Shown here one piece after another: positions 13,430 through 27,999 of a DNA stretch of 64,000 nucleotides. Under the pieces are notes generated by a model. It searched no databases. It was not told where the DNA came from and was given only the letters and a program-made list of their open reading frames with translations. The DNA is taken from contig OZ320313.1 in NCBI GenBank assembly GCA_976226885.1, positions 142,972,001-143,036,000 of the forward strand. The letters are read 5' to 3'. Position numbers and translations under genes: made by a program. How positions within the stretch are numbered: the first letter of the stretch is position 1; each line of letters opens with the position of its first letter. The DNA is from Iphione sp. A-MEVVRFRX5. Taxonomy: Eukaryota.

Positions 13430-15870
13430 TCTGAGCCAAAGAGATCTCAGTTATGTTAATGAATATGAAATTTTTGAAAAATAACACTTATTTCTCTTCA
13501 TCAACTAAACAAACCACAGTTTTAGTTTCTCCCCCTCATGGTACTCTGAGATTTGCTTTCTCATACCTGCTCCATAATTCAACAGATAACAACCTTTAAA
13601 ATATTTTCTAGTCGTCCATTTCTGGTTTCCATTGTATTGCCAACTTTCCCTATAGATCTCCTTTTTAACGTTCTTGTGTCGAATACTTTTTCCCCTCCTA
13701 CCCTATTAAATAATGTAATACCACCTTTTAAGACACATTTGTGCATTTGTACGACAATTTTCCTTTCTTTATATAATACTAAAGGCATAATCTTTTCCCC
13801 CTTCGTATAAGCCCCTACCCCTTTTGATTCCACCCCAAAGCAATTTTATACAGGACATTCAGTTTCATTTCCATTCTGTTAACATCACAGTCTTTGATCA
13901 GTGGCAGAGTATAGAGTAACACAGGTTGTTCCTCCCAACATTAATTTCCACTGTTGCTGTTATAAATTTCCTAAATCTCTTAAGCACGTATATCTTATAG
14001 CTGATGTTTTTCATCATCTGTGCCGGGTGTGCTCTAAATCTAAAGTTTTCGTCAAGTCTTATTCCCAAATAATTATACACGCTTGCCTGTTTAATTCCTC
14101 TCCTCCCAAATACAGTCCCTCATATCCCCCCTCCCCATTTACTTTCCCTTTTATGGTGCACATCATGTATTTGGTCTTCTTCACATTCCATAAAATCCTA
14201 GTTTCTGTACACCAATTTTGCATATTATTGAAATCCATTTGTACCTTATCCATTGCTTATCCATCCTTCACCTTACATATTATCACAGTGTCATCTGCAC
14301 ACAACGACATTGTGTTTCCCTCCCTCGTTACCTGCACTAAGTCGTTTATATACGCTAAAAATTGGACAGGACCTGAAAAACTACCCTGGGAGACCCGCAT
14401 ATAATACAATTTAGTTTTGACTTCTGTCCATTTGCTTTGGTATATTGTGTTCTCCCTTCTAGATATTCTTAAACTAAACTAGCAATCTCTTCCGCACATA
14501 ATTTTCCCATCTTCTTCACTAACATCCAATGGTCCAGCGAATGAAATGCCTTGACAAATTCCAGATAAACTATTATTACCTTATTATTATTGTTCAAACC
14601 CTTGCTTATACTTTGCACTATATTACAGACTGTATCATCAGTCGATCTATTCTCCCTAAACCCAAATTGGCAATCAGACAACATGTTTCCATCCTCTAAC
14701 ATCCTATAGATTTTATTATAGACGACACGTTCCATTACCTGTGCCCCTACAGAGAGGACACTAACTGGCCTGTAGTTTGTCACATAGGAACGATCCCCAC
14801 CCTTCCAGAGCGGAGTCAAAAAAGCCATTTTACATTTGCTTTGTATAGTTTTCTTTTTCACTCTCGGCTTGATTCATTCAAATAAATACACCATATTGTT
14901 TTCCATACCTGTCTTCATACGTTTACTATTCAACCCTTCTATTCCTCATGATATATTTACATTAATCTTTACAGCTTGCTCCAGTCTTCTAAGTGCTACT
15001 TCCACCCCCTCCGGGGAACTTCCCTGTCCTTGTGTCCTTGTTCAGCCTTTCCAAGTTGTATCGCCAACATATTTCTTATTCTTTCACTCACTCCCCCCTA
15101 CACAATATGCATTTATTTCTCCTACTATATTCCCTCGAATAATCCTGTGTTCATTCTTCAGACATATTATTCCTCCACCCTTTGACGTATACTGAATTAC
15201 ATCATCTACGGCTTTCCAGAATCCCTTTGGTTCACACCTCCTGATGATACTTCCTTTTTTGTCTGTTATTTCCTATGCACAAACTTTCCTCATATATTTT
15301 GGTTTTTGCCTAGTCACCGGATTACTATTTGCCATACATTCGCCTGTTTTCTTTCTAGTAGTACCTTCTTACTCTCAGATCCCCCCTATGCACGTTGCCT
15401 CGTTCTTCTTTCGTCTTACAATACCTCGAAGCACAATCTCATCTAATGCCCTTATAATATTATCTTCTCACAATTTATACATATTGTCAATCGACAGGTC
15501 ATTTTGAAAGATAGTCCAATCCTGCTTCAATATACTTTCCCTGAAACTATGTTGATTATATTTACTATAATTCCGCCCTTGAATTTTTGACCCAGCTCCG
15601 TTTCAAAGGTCACTTTTTATTTGTCCCTCTATACGAAAATAATCACTAACTGTCATTTTATCTACTATTACTGATGTCCCCCTTTTCGTATTTTCAAGCC
15701 ATACATCCAAAGAGTTTGTTGTCGTTCTACAAACATATGTATCCTGATTAACACAATTTACCAACCCATGCAATAAACATGTTTCCACTACCATACTCTT
15801 TGCCCTACCGTGAACCTTCATATTTATGTTTATATTCCCAATAACATATATATATATTATCATAGTTTTT
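13430..15870 (-). mobile_element. 5'-truncated, degenerate CR1/L2-group LINE (end of endonuclease plus full RT domain)
   Basis: Ordered motifs on the minus strand: IGNININM...VNQDT..TTTNSLDVWL...SDYF (APE C-terminus), NYRPVSVL, QFGFRENRST, YLEFVKAFHSLDH, VSQGSFSGP..YINDL, CADDTVI, KTKYM, YLGIRLD. Multiple stops and frameshifts. Confidence 0.9.
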
Positions 15871-18479
15871 TTTACTACGTCTAAACACTGCCTACTGTTT
15901 TCAACTGCAACCTCTATGTTTTACCAATACGGCGATAACCTTACGATGGTGGGGGCGTAGAAAGCCAATTGAGAAAATCCTTCTCAACAGATGAAAAAAA
16001 TGGAAATGCGGAAGATAGCAATAGATTAAAACACAGCACCCATGAGAACCTTTTCAACTCTTGCAATACTTATAAAAGGATCAAGCAGTAAGGCCCAACT
16101 AGTAACTGGCCATGTATGAAGGCGAACAGGGTCAGGACTATAGTTTTCCTCTTACTTTTACTCTTGTGCTTAAACGCGAGCACCAATCCTCGGTGAAGGT
16201 CACAGGCAAAACTGAATACACGTATTCAATGCAGACAAACAAGATTATAAATACAATTAAAAGTTTACCTAGGCGTCGACATGCACTTTAATAAGATTGT
16301 ACGTTGCCCCCAAAAGGACTTCTGTATTTGGTATGCACAAGGAGCCTGCAGCGAAGATATTTTTCACAGCCGCTTCCAGCAGCCACCACTGATTTAAAGG
16401 CAGAAGGGCAGAAAGCAGCGAGTGTGACTTATACATGAGATTAAGGCCGATGGGACCAGTCGTGCCAGGGCTACAAGCCAGTTGTGTGGGGAGCATTGAT
16501 CTTTGCATTAGAATAAACACAACGTGGCGTCAAGTCGATTAGACCTGCTGGAAAATATGCCACACTTTGCAACACAGCAGCCACCTTTCATATCTTATTA
16601 CATCGGCTAGTGGAGCCCAATGCAAACTACATATTCTATATCGTTCAGTGTTTTAGTGAAGGAATGATCTTGCCTTACGCCAGTCGACAAGAAAACAACG
16701 AAAGGATATGCAAAGTACAGACCCGAAAACTACTTCTGTTTAGCTTAACAGACACGTGTAATGTTCATTCGTGGAAGAATAAGAAATTCATCAACAGGAA
16801 ATATCATTAGAATTACAGCAAACCATTACACTCGCAGAACAAAAGTAAAAGAAAAAAGAGACGGTGAATATACAAACATGTACTTATACAGTTGTACTTC
16901 AATGGACTCCAAAGCTTTCAATTTGCTCCACTCTTTCTACTTTGAGCATTAAGTTAATTTTTAGTGTAAAGATACAGGTTCTCACAGAACTAAGGGTATT
17001 AATATCTGTCATTAAGGTCTTAATTAACCTGAAGCCATGAAAGAGTATGTGCTTTCAAAGACTAATTTGGGCTGATTACACATAAATTGTTGGTACCATG
17101 AACATCTGGCCCAGTTCCCCGGGGAAGGACGTGCTGCCCGAGCAAGAGAGTGGGACAACTCTCAGTTTTAAGCCTGATAGGATAATGATGCCGGTTGCCT
17201 TCTGCCAAGTGTAGCAGCAAAAGGCAAGGAAGAATCAATTTGATTGTGGCTTTCATTAAAATGTCTACATGCATAAAATGTAGATAATATAAGAATCCTC
17301 GTGATTCAAAAGTGCTTCGGATAGTGTTCCGGAAGTCATAGATGAAAATGATATGTTCCTGTATTACCATAGAGGTTCAAATGCTGCGCTTGTTTATCAG
17401 AAGTTAAGTACCGGACAAGTCTTAACAATGTTTCAAAACTTTTCTCAGTTTCTTAGAAACTCAGAAATGTTTTGAAGACAGCTGCCATTGGCATCCGCAA
17501 AAGATGAAAATGAGGATTAAGAACTAACAAGACAAGTAAGACAGGCAGCCAGGAACGAGAATTGAAACGATGCTAGGTGAACAGAAAGAATAATAGTCGA
17601 CAAAATGAGACTAACAGAAGGAGGAGAGAAACTGATGAGAGAGAGGGAAGAAGAGACAGGCAAACAGGTAGGAACGGAGATCCATTTATGAATATATATT
17701 TACTATATACATACAGTATACTTATATACAGGCTATATCCATTATGTTTTGTACCCTCTTTGATCTGTTTATATATTGGGTGGTTGTTGGAGACTGATGG
17801 TCGTTAAGAAAATTTCCACAGTACAAACATAGAGACGCAGACAGACAGACTGACAGGCAGACCAACACACAAAATGAAAATTGGCGCTACGGAAAAATAT
17901 AAGCCAGTGAGCCTTCTGTGAATCCGTCAGTGATGCATGAGCAATGCCCAGTGGACAGGTAGAAGAGAACGGGGGAAGGGGGGGTTCAGCTGGCGAGAAG
18001 AGCAGGGCTTCCCACCAGACCGCTGCCATCTGATTGAGACATGCTGCAGGACTGCAGTATGGGAGCTGGCGTCGGAGCGCCAAGAGACGAATGGGGGTCT
18101 TTGGCAGAGAAAAGAAATCAAAGGCTGTGGGTAGGAAACCTGAATCAAAGGTGCTTCCAGCGCTGGCTACAAGAGATACGGCGACTGGTTGCAGTTTAAA
18201 GACAGAGCAGGGATAGAATGGAGGCGGTCTTTCAAAGAAAATATATGACCAATTAAAGAGGTCCTTTAGTCAGGAACTCTCTCTAGACCTCCCCCCCCCC
18301 CATTTTCCTGCTCCTGCGGGTAGGGTAGCAGCTTGGAGATAAAGGCCATCGTTAAATGAATATGAATGTTTTGAGGAGCATACAGACGGGGCAGAATAAT
18401 CGTCGAAGCAGGAGAATAGCCCAAAGGGAGGTATAAATAAGGCCCAAACCCACTCAGTGAAACCTCTAATCATTGCACA

Positions 18480-18720
18480 ATACCATAGGTAATCTCGTGT
18501 TTCTACTGAAACTAGTTCTCCGTATTATGACAGATCAAAATCAGGCATTATATCCAACAAAGATTCATCCAGCCTTCCGCTATAACCATCCACTTCTATA
18601 ATCTCCAAAAGATATGATCTGAACCTAAGCTAACTCTTCTTTAGGATTCCGAATCCATCCCGTCTATCGTGCTTTCTGGTGAAATATAAGTATAAAGCCT
18701 GTAAACCCCCTACACTTAGG
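18480..18720 (-). mobile_element. Possible L1/Tx1-like endonuclease relic
   Basis: RKHDRRDGFGILKKS*LRFRSYLLEIIEVDGYSGR resembles the RRD.GGVAIL..KSL.F....V..D..GR segment. Weak. Confidence 0.22.
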
Positions 18721-18952
18721 AGACAGGGGAACAACGGTGGGTGGTGAGGACTTGCCGCGGAGGGCCTTTTCCAGGAGGATTATTTACGTACGAATCACTT
18801 CAAGGAGAAGATAGAGTATCTTATGTTCTTTTGGTCCACCCCTGCAACATTCAACTTAGAAGTTTTTCCTCACCCTTCACTCAGTCCTCTGCTCCCCGTT
18901 CTTCACTGGTTTTTCTGTTAGAACATGTTTGCATTTGATCCTTTCCTGAAAG

Positions 18953-19100
18953 GTCCATGTGTCCATTTGTACATCCATCCATCAGTTGTCTGTTCTTATC
19001 TGTTGTTCAAAATATGAGATGCGGCTTGATGTCCATATGTCTGTCATCCATCACGACAAATCCATCAACCCTCCATCAATCCATCAACCTTCGTCCATTT
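18953..19100. repeat. Degenerate (TCCA)n low-complexity repeat
   Basis: Many tccat/ccatc units visible. Confidence 0.7.
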
Positions 19101-20738
19101 TTTTAAATATTTGACAGAGGGCAGTTCCATTTTTAAAAAGAAAGCAGCACAGTATATCATACATTAATCAGATGTTTCCTTCAAGTGGTGAAAAAGATAT
19201 TTAAGCACAATGCAAGATGGATCAAAATATTACAAATGAATGGACACGAGCCTAACTCCAAACCTTGCGTCAGCACGTTCATAATGCTTCATCACTGTGG
19301 CTTTGTTATGAACAGCCCTCAAAATGTAATTGCCTTAAATGGTCCTGCGACAAATAAAGGTCCTGAAGTGAAATATGCCTGCAATCGAGTATTATCTTTA
19401 AAAACACTCCACCACAAATATCAACGATATCTTTTTTTATCATTCTTACCTTTCATTATATACAGTAGGAATCTCTTAGTAAAGTGTTGAAACGGGAAGT
19501 ACCGTCGAGGATTTGTGGTGCTTTCTGATTTCTAAATGAAAGTAACATCATTTTGGTATTTTTAGATAAACGCAGGCAACTGCTGAATCAGAGTACTAAC
19601 AATACTTTGTGTCAAATGTTGAGGACATCCCATTCATTTTGTTATTGACATTGACATTTACATCGATCCGTGGGAATAAATTAATAATGTATCATATTTG
19701 CTGTCAGTGGCGCAGGCTGCAAAATAAAACTTCCCATCCCGTCTCCATCCCTCCTGCACAGGAGCTTGTAAAACGAAAATCGTGTTACAAAGTTATATTT
19801 CAAAATCTTGGGTAATAAAATGGGTCTCGGTGTTGGTCAGTTTAAACTTCATGACCCCAGAATTACATGTATTATAAATGTTCTGGAGGCAATAGAATGA
19901 AGCACTGTGTCCCAATATACCGTCAGGACAATAATCACAAAACGAGATAAAACTAAATGAAAAGAGAAGAGTAAAATGAAAAAAAAACTACTTTAAAAAA
20001 AGATTCGGCCATATCACCATGGCAACAAGTGCTGTAGCCAGCGCGAGGGTTGTTGGAGATTTGAACGAGGGGGAAAGGGCAGGAGAGGATCACCACTCCG
20101 GTCCGTGGAGGGGCAAAGCCTAAATGGCGCGTCATGGGATTGTGACTGTCAAAGAGCGTTTTGAGCTGCTCCTCCGATAAGGCAGCCCGCCGGGCGAGCT
20201 GCTCCGCACACTTGCATGCTCTTGAGTACTTCCTCGCTTATGAGGTACATGGGCCTTGACGGCTGAACTCTCTAGTATTTCGTTTGTTCTACTTCCAGTC
20301 AACTCCTGTCGTTATTCACATTTTCCTTTGTGTTTGGTATATTATGTCAATGTTCTCTTCCGCTTTAGTAATACCTACCGAGTACGCTAGCTTGAGGAGG
20401 AGGTCCCGTCAGCCATTTTTGATCAGTTGAGCTACAACAGATTCCACCAGAATTGTAATCTTATAAACAAGGAAGCTTATGACATTTTTTTCGTGCCACT
20501 TACTCCACTTTTTATCTGTTATCAAAAAAAGGAAACTGCCTTCGCCTGGATTGGCGTGTGTCATTACAACGTAAGTTCCTACCTTAATGCGGGGATTTAG
20601 AATGCAATGTTTTTTAGAATGCAAGTTTTCTTTTTTTAGAAAATGTACGGAAGGTAATGTATTCTTGAGGCGCCGCAATGCATATTGTTAATATTACATA
20701 TCATGTATGTATGTGGATATGTGTGTGTCCGTGTATTC

Positions 20739-20765
20739 ATGTATGTATGTATGTATGTATGTATG
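20739..20765. repeat. (ATGT)n microsatellite
   Basis: Directly visible. Confidence 0.9.
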
Positions 20766-23689
20766 AAGGCAAGCAGGCAGCCCAATCCGATGATATGGCT
20801 TCACTGTATGTACCGATTATCGCCCCAACCGACTAAAGACAGTGCTATTTTCCATGACTAAGCTATCATAACTCAGCCGTCATAGTCAGGTAGTTAATCA
20901 TATGGCCAGGGCCTACAAACCACTTATCTGTAGTATAGAGGCTATCCTATCTCTAGCTGGTGTGACAGATTCTCGTCCCATTCTTCGTCATTTCCATCAC
21001 AAAGTTCATACATGCCAAGTGGTGAACTCAAATCGTGGGAAATTGTATAAAAGTCAATATGTAACTACATATGTATTCTACTTGCTCTCCGTGGTTCACT
21101 ATGGTTCACTAATGACACAGCAGTCCAATCAAGTAGAATGATATCAGAAGCATCTCCCCAGCCAACAACTCAGTTGCTACTGCAGCGGTCGATATGCTTA
21201 TGGTGCTAGGGATCCCGATTCCTTGTCAGAAATGTCAGAGCTTTGGAAAAATAAGAAGGCTTCTACCAAATGAGATCATGAATCACAACGAGGATGACAA
21301 ATAGACACTAACGAGACATAAACAGGACAAATAACGCCCTGTTATTGTTTTTAATAACAGTGGAAGTACTTATGATAATACATTTTGGCGATGTTATGAA
21401 AGAGCTTTCCGGAGTTGGTATTTTCATTTCTGTACTGAAACTGTATTTACTATTGGATCGTGCGAACCTAGTTGACAAAAGACATCGATCGATAAGAAAG
21501 GAACAATATGATGTGTACAAAAAGCTATGTGCAGTAACATGTGCAGTAGGTAGGAGGAGGAAATATTGTACTAGATACAGAATATTCTCTGCAATTTGCA
21601 ATCGCTAAAGAAATAAAGCCTGTAAACTCATCGAACTGAGTAATAACATTGGGATACCTTTCAAACGAATAAATAACGGTTTTCCTCAAAGTGGGATGTG
21701 GCCTGTTTACTATTTGGTCGACGGTTCTTTCATCAATATTTTAACGTCCTGTCATACATGTGGACAAGGGATATTTAGGGCTATCACCGCAGGATAACAT
21801 ACGTACATTTCTAGTATAAATGAATTTATGTTTCATTAAACACACTGTAGTGTGTCTGAGTTTAAACTAACAGCAAATGGAATTGCCTCATGCATAATTT
21901 AAAGTCAAGAGGACAGGTTCACACAGGTGTCAGCTTCCAAATGCCAATAAAAGTACAAGTATCAGAACAGGTCCAGGTACAAGCATAGCACAAAGTATAA
22001 TCAGGTTTCTTGCTCTTATAATGTATACACTGTGGCTCAAATGGCATGTAAGTTCAACAACAATGTAAGTTCAACAACCAATTAGGTTTCAACAAATTGA
22101 ATAACATTGTGCAATTAATTAATTGCCCAAAACACCAGGTGACATCGTCAGTAACTGCACCACAGCCTGGTAATAGGATTGCACAATATTCCATCCAATG
22201 GAACCTTGGCTCCCCATCGGATGGCATCAGTCTCAGGCACAGAGCACATAGAATAAGGTCAGCATGTTTCTTAATCAAAGCTATTCCGGGAAGGGAGGTT
22301 AGGCAACAATTTCCACACACGAGGAAATATCCATCCATCTCGGCCATATTGGCATATTCCTCCGTTTAAGATTATTACATAATGACTGCGACCTGTGATC
22401 ATAACAGCATGTATCCCTCCCTCCCTGCCTCCCTCGCGATAAAAAACACCTTGACATCTGCAGAACGGCTGTATGTGGCGTGTTTTCTCCAAGTGCATAA
22501 CTCAAGAGACATAGCATGGTAACTTGAAGTCTGTAGTGCAGTTTCTAAACTTCGAGAATAACATGCAGGCAATCTTTGTGATAAACCAAGGTAGGCAGGC
22601 AACCCACAGTAAGTGTATAAATGACCGTTTTATAGATAACAGGAGATAGTGAAGGGACATTTACTAGAAGGGCTGCGGGCTGTTCTTTGGGTCTGCGCCT
22701 GGTGCGCCTGGGGAAGCAAGGAGACTTCTGATGAATCGCCAGGCCCAATTACATCTGGTTCAAACGGGGATTAATTACCCTTTAAGCCGTCGTGGCGGAC
22801 ACCGGGGACGTTAGCAGTGATTGATCACTAGAAGAGGGGGTTCTAGTAGGACCCACTCTGACAGGGTCTGATAAACTAGAGACCACCCAGACCCTAAATG
22901 AGACTAATCCATCTTCTCATAGTCGATGCATACCCAGTGCGGGCCGTCTCTGACCGGCACACGAGCATCTCCTGATTATTTTTTAGGCCGTCTGAGAGAT
23001 CCCCGTGCCAACAAGTTAATATATCTGCTGTCCGAAATGACCTTTTAGCAACTATAGGCGAACCAGTGCTCTAAGGCAAAACAGTCCTTATCCAGTATGC
23101 ACCAGCACTTGTGCGAACGCATTTCGAATAGGCTCATGGGACAGAGAAGAGGCAGAAATGCGTGCACAGTAGCAACTTAGTATTAACACTAACAAAGGAT
23201 CAGGACAATTTTTGCTATAAACTGCGCGTTACCTTGGTGTCCGAGTTCGTTATTACCAGAACAAAAGATCAGTAGGACCAGCCAATTGTCCTTAACTGTC
23301 CAAATGTGTATATTAATCATGGCGGTTAACACTGAGGGAAGATAGAGAGTAGGGACAAAGGAGGAACGTTCCGCAAAACGTTTGGCGACTTGTATATACA
23401 AATGTAGATATTTCGTTTAGCAAATACGCTTTTCTGATGCTTACCATAACGAATCTCATGGGGAAAAACAAGGCCTAAACAGGCAAAGATGATCCACAAA
23501 CGACGGCGACTACTGTTTTGTAGTCTGTACTTGTACTTAGACGTCTGTCAGACAAGGCATGCCACAGGTCGCTTTAATTTCATTTCATTTTCATTGTATC
23601 TTCAACCAGGAACTAGATATTCTCTATCACATGACAGAGCTCTTCCATATCCTCCTGGGATGGCATACTACCATCTATTGTTGAGAATT

Positions 23690-23897
23690 GAGAGACCAGA
23701 ATACCCGGGGGTTTCTCCTATTATCATTTCGAATAGGTTTCTGGAGTCTTTTTGTGCATAGGGACAGAATGCTATATACCCACAACCTTTTTACTCTGGG
23801 TTGGAGCTACAGTAAATCTGTCTGGTCGTGATCAAGTGTCCCAAGCCCGGGATTGAACCTGTGACCTCTCATTCAGTGGACCAGTGCTCTACCAATT
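23690..23897 (-). mobile_element. tRNA-derived SINE
   Basis: The minus strand reads TTGGTAGAGCACTGG...AGAGGTCACAGGTTCAATCCCGGG, a tRNA-like head with Pol III A and B boxes. It is followed by a body containing AAAAAGACTCC...CTATTCGAAA...GGAGAAACCCCCGGG, resembling conserved central domains of marine-invertebrate SINEs (family not verified). Confidence 0.75.
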
Positions 23898-25379
23898 TCC
23901 ACCTTCCAATAGTCTTCACTGTGTCGGAACAGATGTTGAGAGCAATACTGAGGGTTCTTTAAAATGGCAAGGCTCTCACAAGAACAAGCCATGCTATGGG
24001 TATTCATTATCCAAAAGGTTGCACTTATATATATATATATATATATGTACTAAGAAAAAAACCCACACAGACAGAGTTTACCTTGTGATAAACGTAGCGA
24101 TAAGAGGAATAACCACGAATTGATAGTGCAGACTCCCTCTCAGCCTAATGTGTTGTCTGGCGCCGACAGGCCATTCGTCCAGGACAATGGTAGCAGCATA
24201 GTGACAAATGGCACTGTAGCATTGCAAGCATGGCACTGGACTTCCTCCTGCTATCTACAGAGAGAGGAGATGAGGATAAGGGAAGAAGTCTGGAGGTAGT
24301 CATCAGCCCGGGGTTTACTGTATAATCCTCTATTGGTGGTGCAATGGCAGTGCCAGTATGTGTGTAGACGACGTGGGGAAAGGTCGTGGGGTCAAGTTAC
24401 CAGCTCTTGATTGTCCGCTCCCAGAGCCGCACACAACAGTGTGTATGTAAAACACTAAGGGGGTGGTGGCTCCTACTATATATGGGCATACTCCAGACGC
24501 CAGGTATCAGTGCTTCTGTATGGGATACTATCAAGTCCCCCTCCATCCCAGGTCCTCCCCCAGGAGGGGTAGCAGTTGTTATACTGAGGATGAGGAATAG
24601 GAGAGAGGCATCGATGGGGGGAAGCGGGAGAGGAGGGTGGAAAGGAAAAGGGGAGCAAGAGAGGGAGGAGACTGAACGACAACCGTCGAGGAGACAAAGA
24701 GGGCGCTAGGCCTCTCTCCCTATCCCGGTGTATCTGTCTTCATTAGAAAGGGCCCATACACGACGAAGCCATGAATGATGGTGGCTTCGACGACGGCTGC
24801 AATGGTGGCAGGTGATCACTCGATCGACGACACGGGTAAGACACCCACACTGAGGCGAGTAGCTAGGGTTAATGGTGGGCACTAAACCCCAATGGCGACC
24901 GTGAGGCTAGGACAGTCGAGAGCTTGATTGGAGCCAAATCTTTTTTCTAAAAAATGGGCCGTGAAACTCTACGTTTAGACAACACTCCCACACGGTGGTC
25001 CTACAAACTTCATCCCATGTTTCTTCTAAGGTCTTAAAAGCACGGATCGCGCTATTGAATCTAGATAAGTGAATCCATTACTGTGAATATAACATATAAG
25101 GGAGTCATCGATCAAGTACAGTAGAAGCTGCAAAATTGGGGACCAAATGGAGCTACTGAGGGTCTCAAATTACGCATGTCATACTGAAAATTATCATAGG
25201 GCACACGATAACACTGGTCTGGTTTTGTTTCATTATTTTAATGAATTTCCTATCGTATTTCTGGAATTCGTAATCAGGGAATTCGTGCTTGGGGTAGATT
25301 AATTGATTCAATTGGGTCAGGTATTATTGAAAACATTTTATCCGTATGGTGTTTTAGTTTAATTGATTCAGAACTCTGC

Positions 25380-25850
25380 AATAATTAGGCTTCCGGAAAG
25401 CTGACAAGGACGAAACCAAAACAACCATTGGACGGTCCCTTGGAGGAAGGGTCTCCGAAAGTATTCAAAACGGGACTGAACTGGAGGTGGGGGGGGGGAG
25501 AGATACCAGCCTAAAATGACAGTTCTTAACCGGTATAAGGATTGGGTCATTTCCAGTTTCCGCACTGTAATGGATGGTGTCATTTACCCAAGTTAACGAG
25601 GTGTTGGGGTGGGAATCACAAGGGAGGATTAGGAAAGGGACCACCGGCAATTTCTCAAACACCCTCTATTAGTATTCTAAAGCCTGAGACCGAGGCAGCG
25701 GTGCGCAGTTAGAGCGGAAGAGACAGTATGACCTAAGACTCGAGCGACGTTTAAAAGACAACAGGGAGCCACTCATCGCATATATGGGCTGACATTGGAG
25801 ACCAGAGAAACATTCCTCTGGTAAGCTGGCGGTAAACTGCTGGAAGCACA
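25380..25850 (-). mobile_element. LINE ORF2 C-terminal relic
   Basis: SRFEYFRRPFLQGTVQW resembles the RT..F..SF.P.T...WNSLP tail of CR1/RTE-like ORF2. Confidence 0.4.
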
Positions 25851-26126
25851 ATCTCGTTTTTTTCTGTCTCTCTCATAGGGACGAGGATACGAGGAGACGG
25901 CCTTCGGAGTGGGGCACTATGTGACAATCAGGGAACTATATTCCCTGAGGTCCTTCATAAACTTCCTCACAAATACGCCTGTCAAGGAACTCTGTCGCAG
26001 GCCGGGAGTGATCCTAAAACGACTGGGGCGAGGGTCTCCTGTCTCAATAAAGACGTCAGGAGCTTTCGTGGGGACCGTATAAAAGTATCGACATAGTGTT
26101 ATTGCTGGCAATCTCTCGCTCCCCCC

Positions 26127-26127
<1 letters not shown>

Positions 26128-26172
<45 letters not shown>
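26128..26172. repeat. (CT)n microsatellite, about 22 units
   Basis: Directly visible. Confidence 0.97.
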
Positions 26173-26175
<3 letters not shown>

Positions 26176-27999
26176 CAACCCCCGAGAACAGCTCGCCACA
26201 GGCGGCAGAGAGCACGCACGTAGGGAGCAGATCCCCTCCAGCACCAACCCAGGCGTGGCCACCGCCGACCCTGATGCACGCCTCTACAAGAAGCAAGTAG
26301 CTGGGAAGAGGCAGGCGATTCGATCCGTTGGGGAGGGGAGGTGGTCGGGTTAGCCCTCAACCAGGGCATATCGACATGGTAAATAACACTGACCGCTCAG
26401 TCTTCTCCCAGCGTCTCAGCTTGTCACGCGAGCCAATAATTCCGGGATTTGTATTTGCACTAAGGTCACGTGCTGCCTGTGGGGGGCAGACAAATACTCC
26501 TTTTCTCTTTTACCTTCTAAACCTAGGGCTGTCTCCTGTGGGTTTATGTCCAACAAATGTCAACTGAATAGTTTACTCATGAGCGGAATAATTGCTATGC
26601 CTCTATAAACATTGTAAGAAATATTTAGTGCCAGCACGTTTAACACTTGCCTTAAAAACACACATCGTAACTTACCTGGCTGCTTAATGAAAAGGACCCA
26701 AACAATGAGCAAGACCAGTCTTGATAATCTCAAAACTAAGAGTGTCTTACCCGATAAATGTTTGTCTTTATTGAGATTCGACGGTCGCGTTGCTTTGATT
26801 AAACTATATGAACCTCCCTACTTAAAAAAAACATAGTGGGGACGTCAAAATGAATGATGCGAAGTTTGCATGACACATCACTTGAGTAACATGGGCTTGA
26901 CAAGCACTATTTTATAAAAGGCATTCAAGCGGGAAAAACAACTGTTAAAGTTATATGCTGTGTGTGACAAGAAAACACAGCAAACGCCAAGAAATCGATG
27001 AGAAAATAACCTAAGGAGAACTATTCCAGACGAAGTACGTTGTGATGAGAACAAGAAGAAAAAGACAGGAAAGCAGAGGCAGAGAAAAACTGAAGTTAAA
27101 AGAGAAAGGGAGACCACCACAAAATGTCACAACTGGAGTACATAAAGGACACATGTACATGTACAAGGAGAGAGGTTCCAATTGATCCCTCGAGCAAAAC
27201 CAACCGACTGGCATCTGAATGGCAAGTCACAAAATGAACAAGATCACCTAAAAAGATACATTGATAATAGCCTAGGTCACTCACACATTCCCTAACAAAA
27301 TGACACGATGTCCACCCAGGGGTCAGGGCTATCTGTTCGGCGTTGGCTGAAGACCGGAGGAACGACGATCGGACCGCTCGGCCGACCGTCGCTCGCCGGG
27401 CTGGCCGCCCCGCGTCGCCGACCTGCTGCGAGGGATCTAATCCTGTCGCCTTAAGCAGACATGGCACGCCGTGATTGCTTTTCGGTGAGCAATAACGGCG
27501 CAGCTGATGAAACTGCCAGCGACTCTATTGCGATGTCCGATAAGCTGTTCCAGCACTTCGCTCGTCGCGCCCAAGTAGGGTGGCGATAACCCGGCTCGCG
27601 TGTGCTACGGGGCTGGGTTTCAGGTCGGCCGGGATGAGCAAATTGAGCAGTAACTGTAAAGTGGTGGTCTCGCGGAATAGCCAACTCAAGTATGTCTACC
27701 CGCACTTCATATCCGGCCAGATAATGAAAGAAGAATAGCTGTTCTTTAACAGGCTATACGTGGTATATATATATATACATGGGCTAAGGATATACATGTA
27801 CAGTAAATCTGAGAATGCAGATCAAGAATGGCTTTGACGAAGAATGGCTTTGACATAAAGAGACATATAACCTGCGTTTTTATAGCCATCAAAAGCATTA
27901 CATAGGAGGATCGAGCGACCACCAGTCGTTTTTATTTTAAGCATTTGGAGATGAAGTAAAAACAGATTAGAACCACGGTTTGATCGGATGAATAGCTTG

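Noticed and set aside
16185-16215. HDV-like ribozyme P3/L3 look-alike CACC-AATCCTC-GGTG
   Set aside because: No upstream P1 strand complementary to the following GAAGGTC, and no P2 pairing found.
23840-23897. tRNA gene
   Set aside because: No complete cloverleaf or acceptor stem, and it continues into a SINE body. Called as a SINE head instead.
26668-26682. ACTTACCTGGC resembling the U1 snRNA 5' end
   Set aside because: The match stops after 11 nt. It is better read as the reverse complement of a 5' splice-site consensus.
22046-27854. Short perfect tandem duplications (17-mer at 22046-22078; 15-mer at 27824-27854)
   Set aside because: Ordinary slippage duplications with no further structure.
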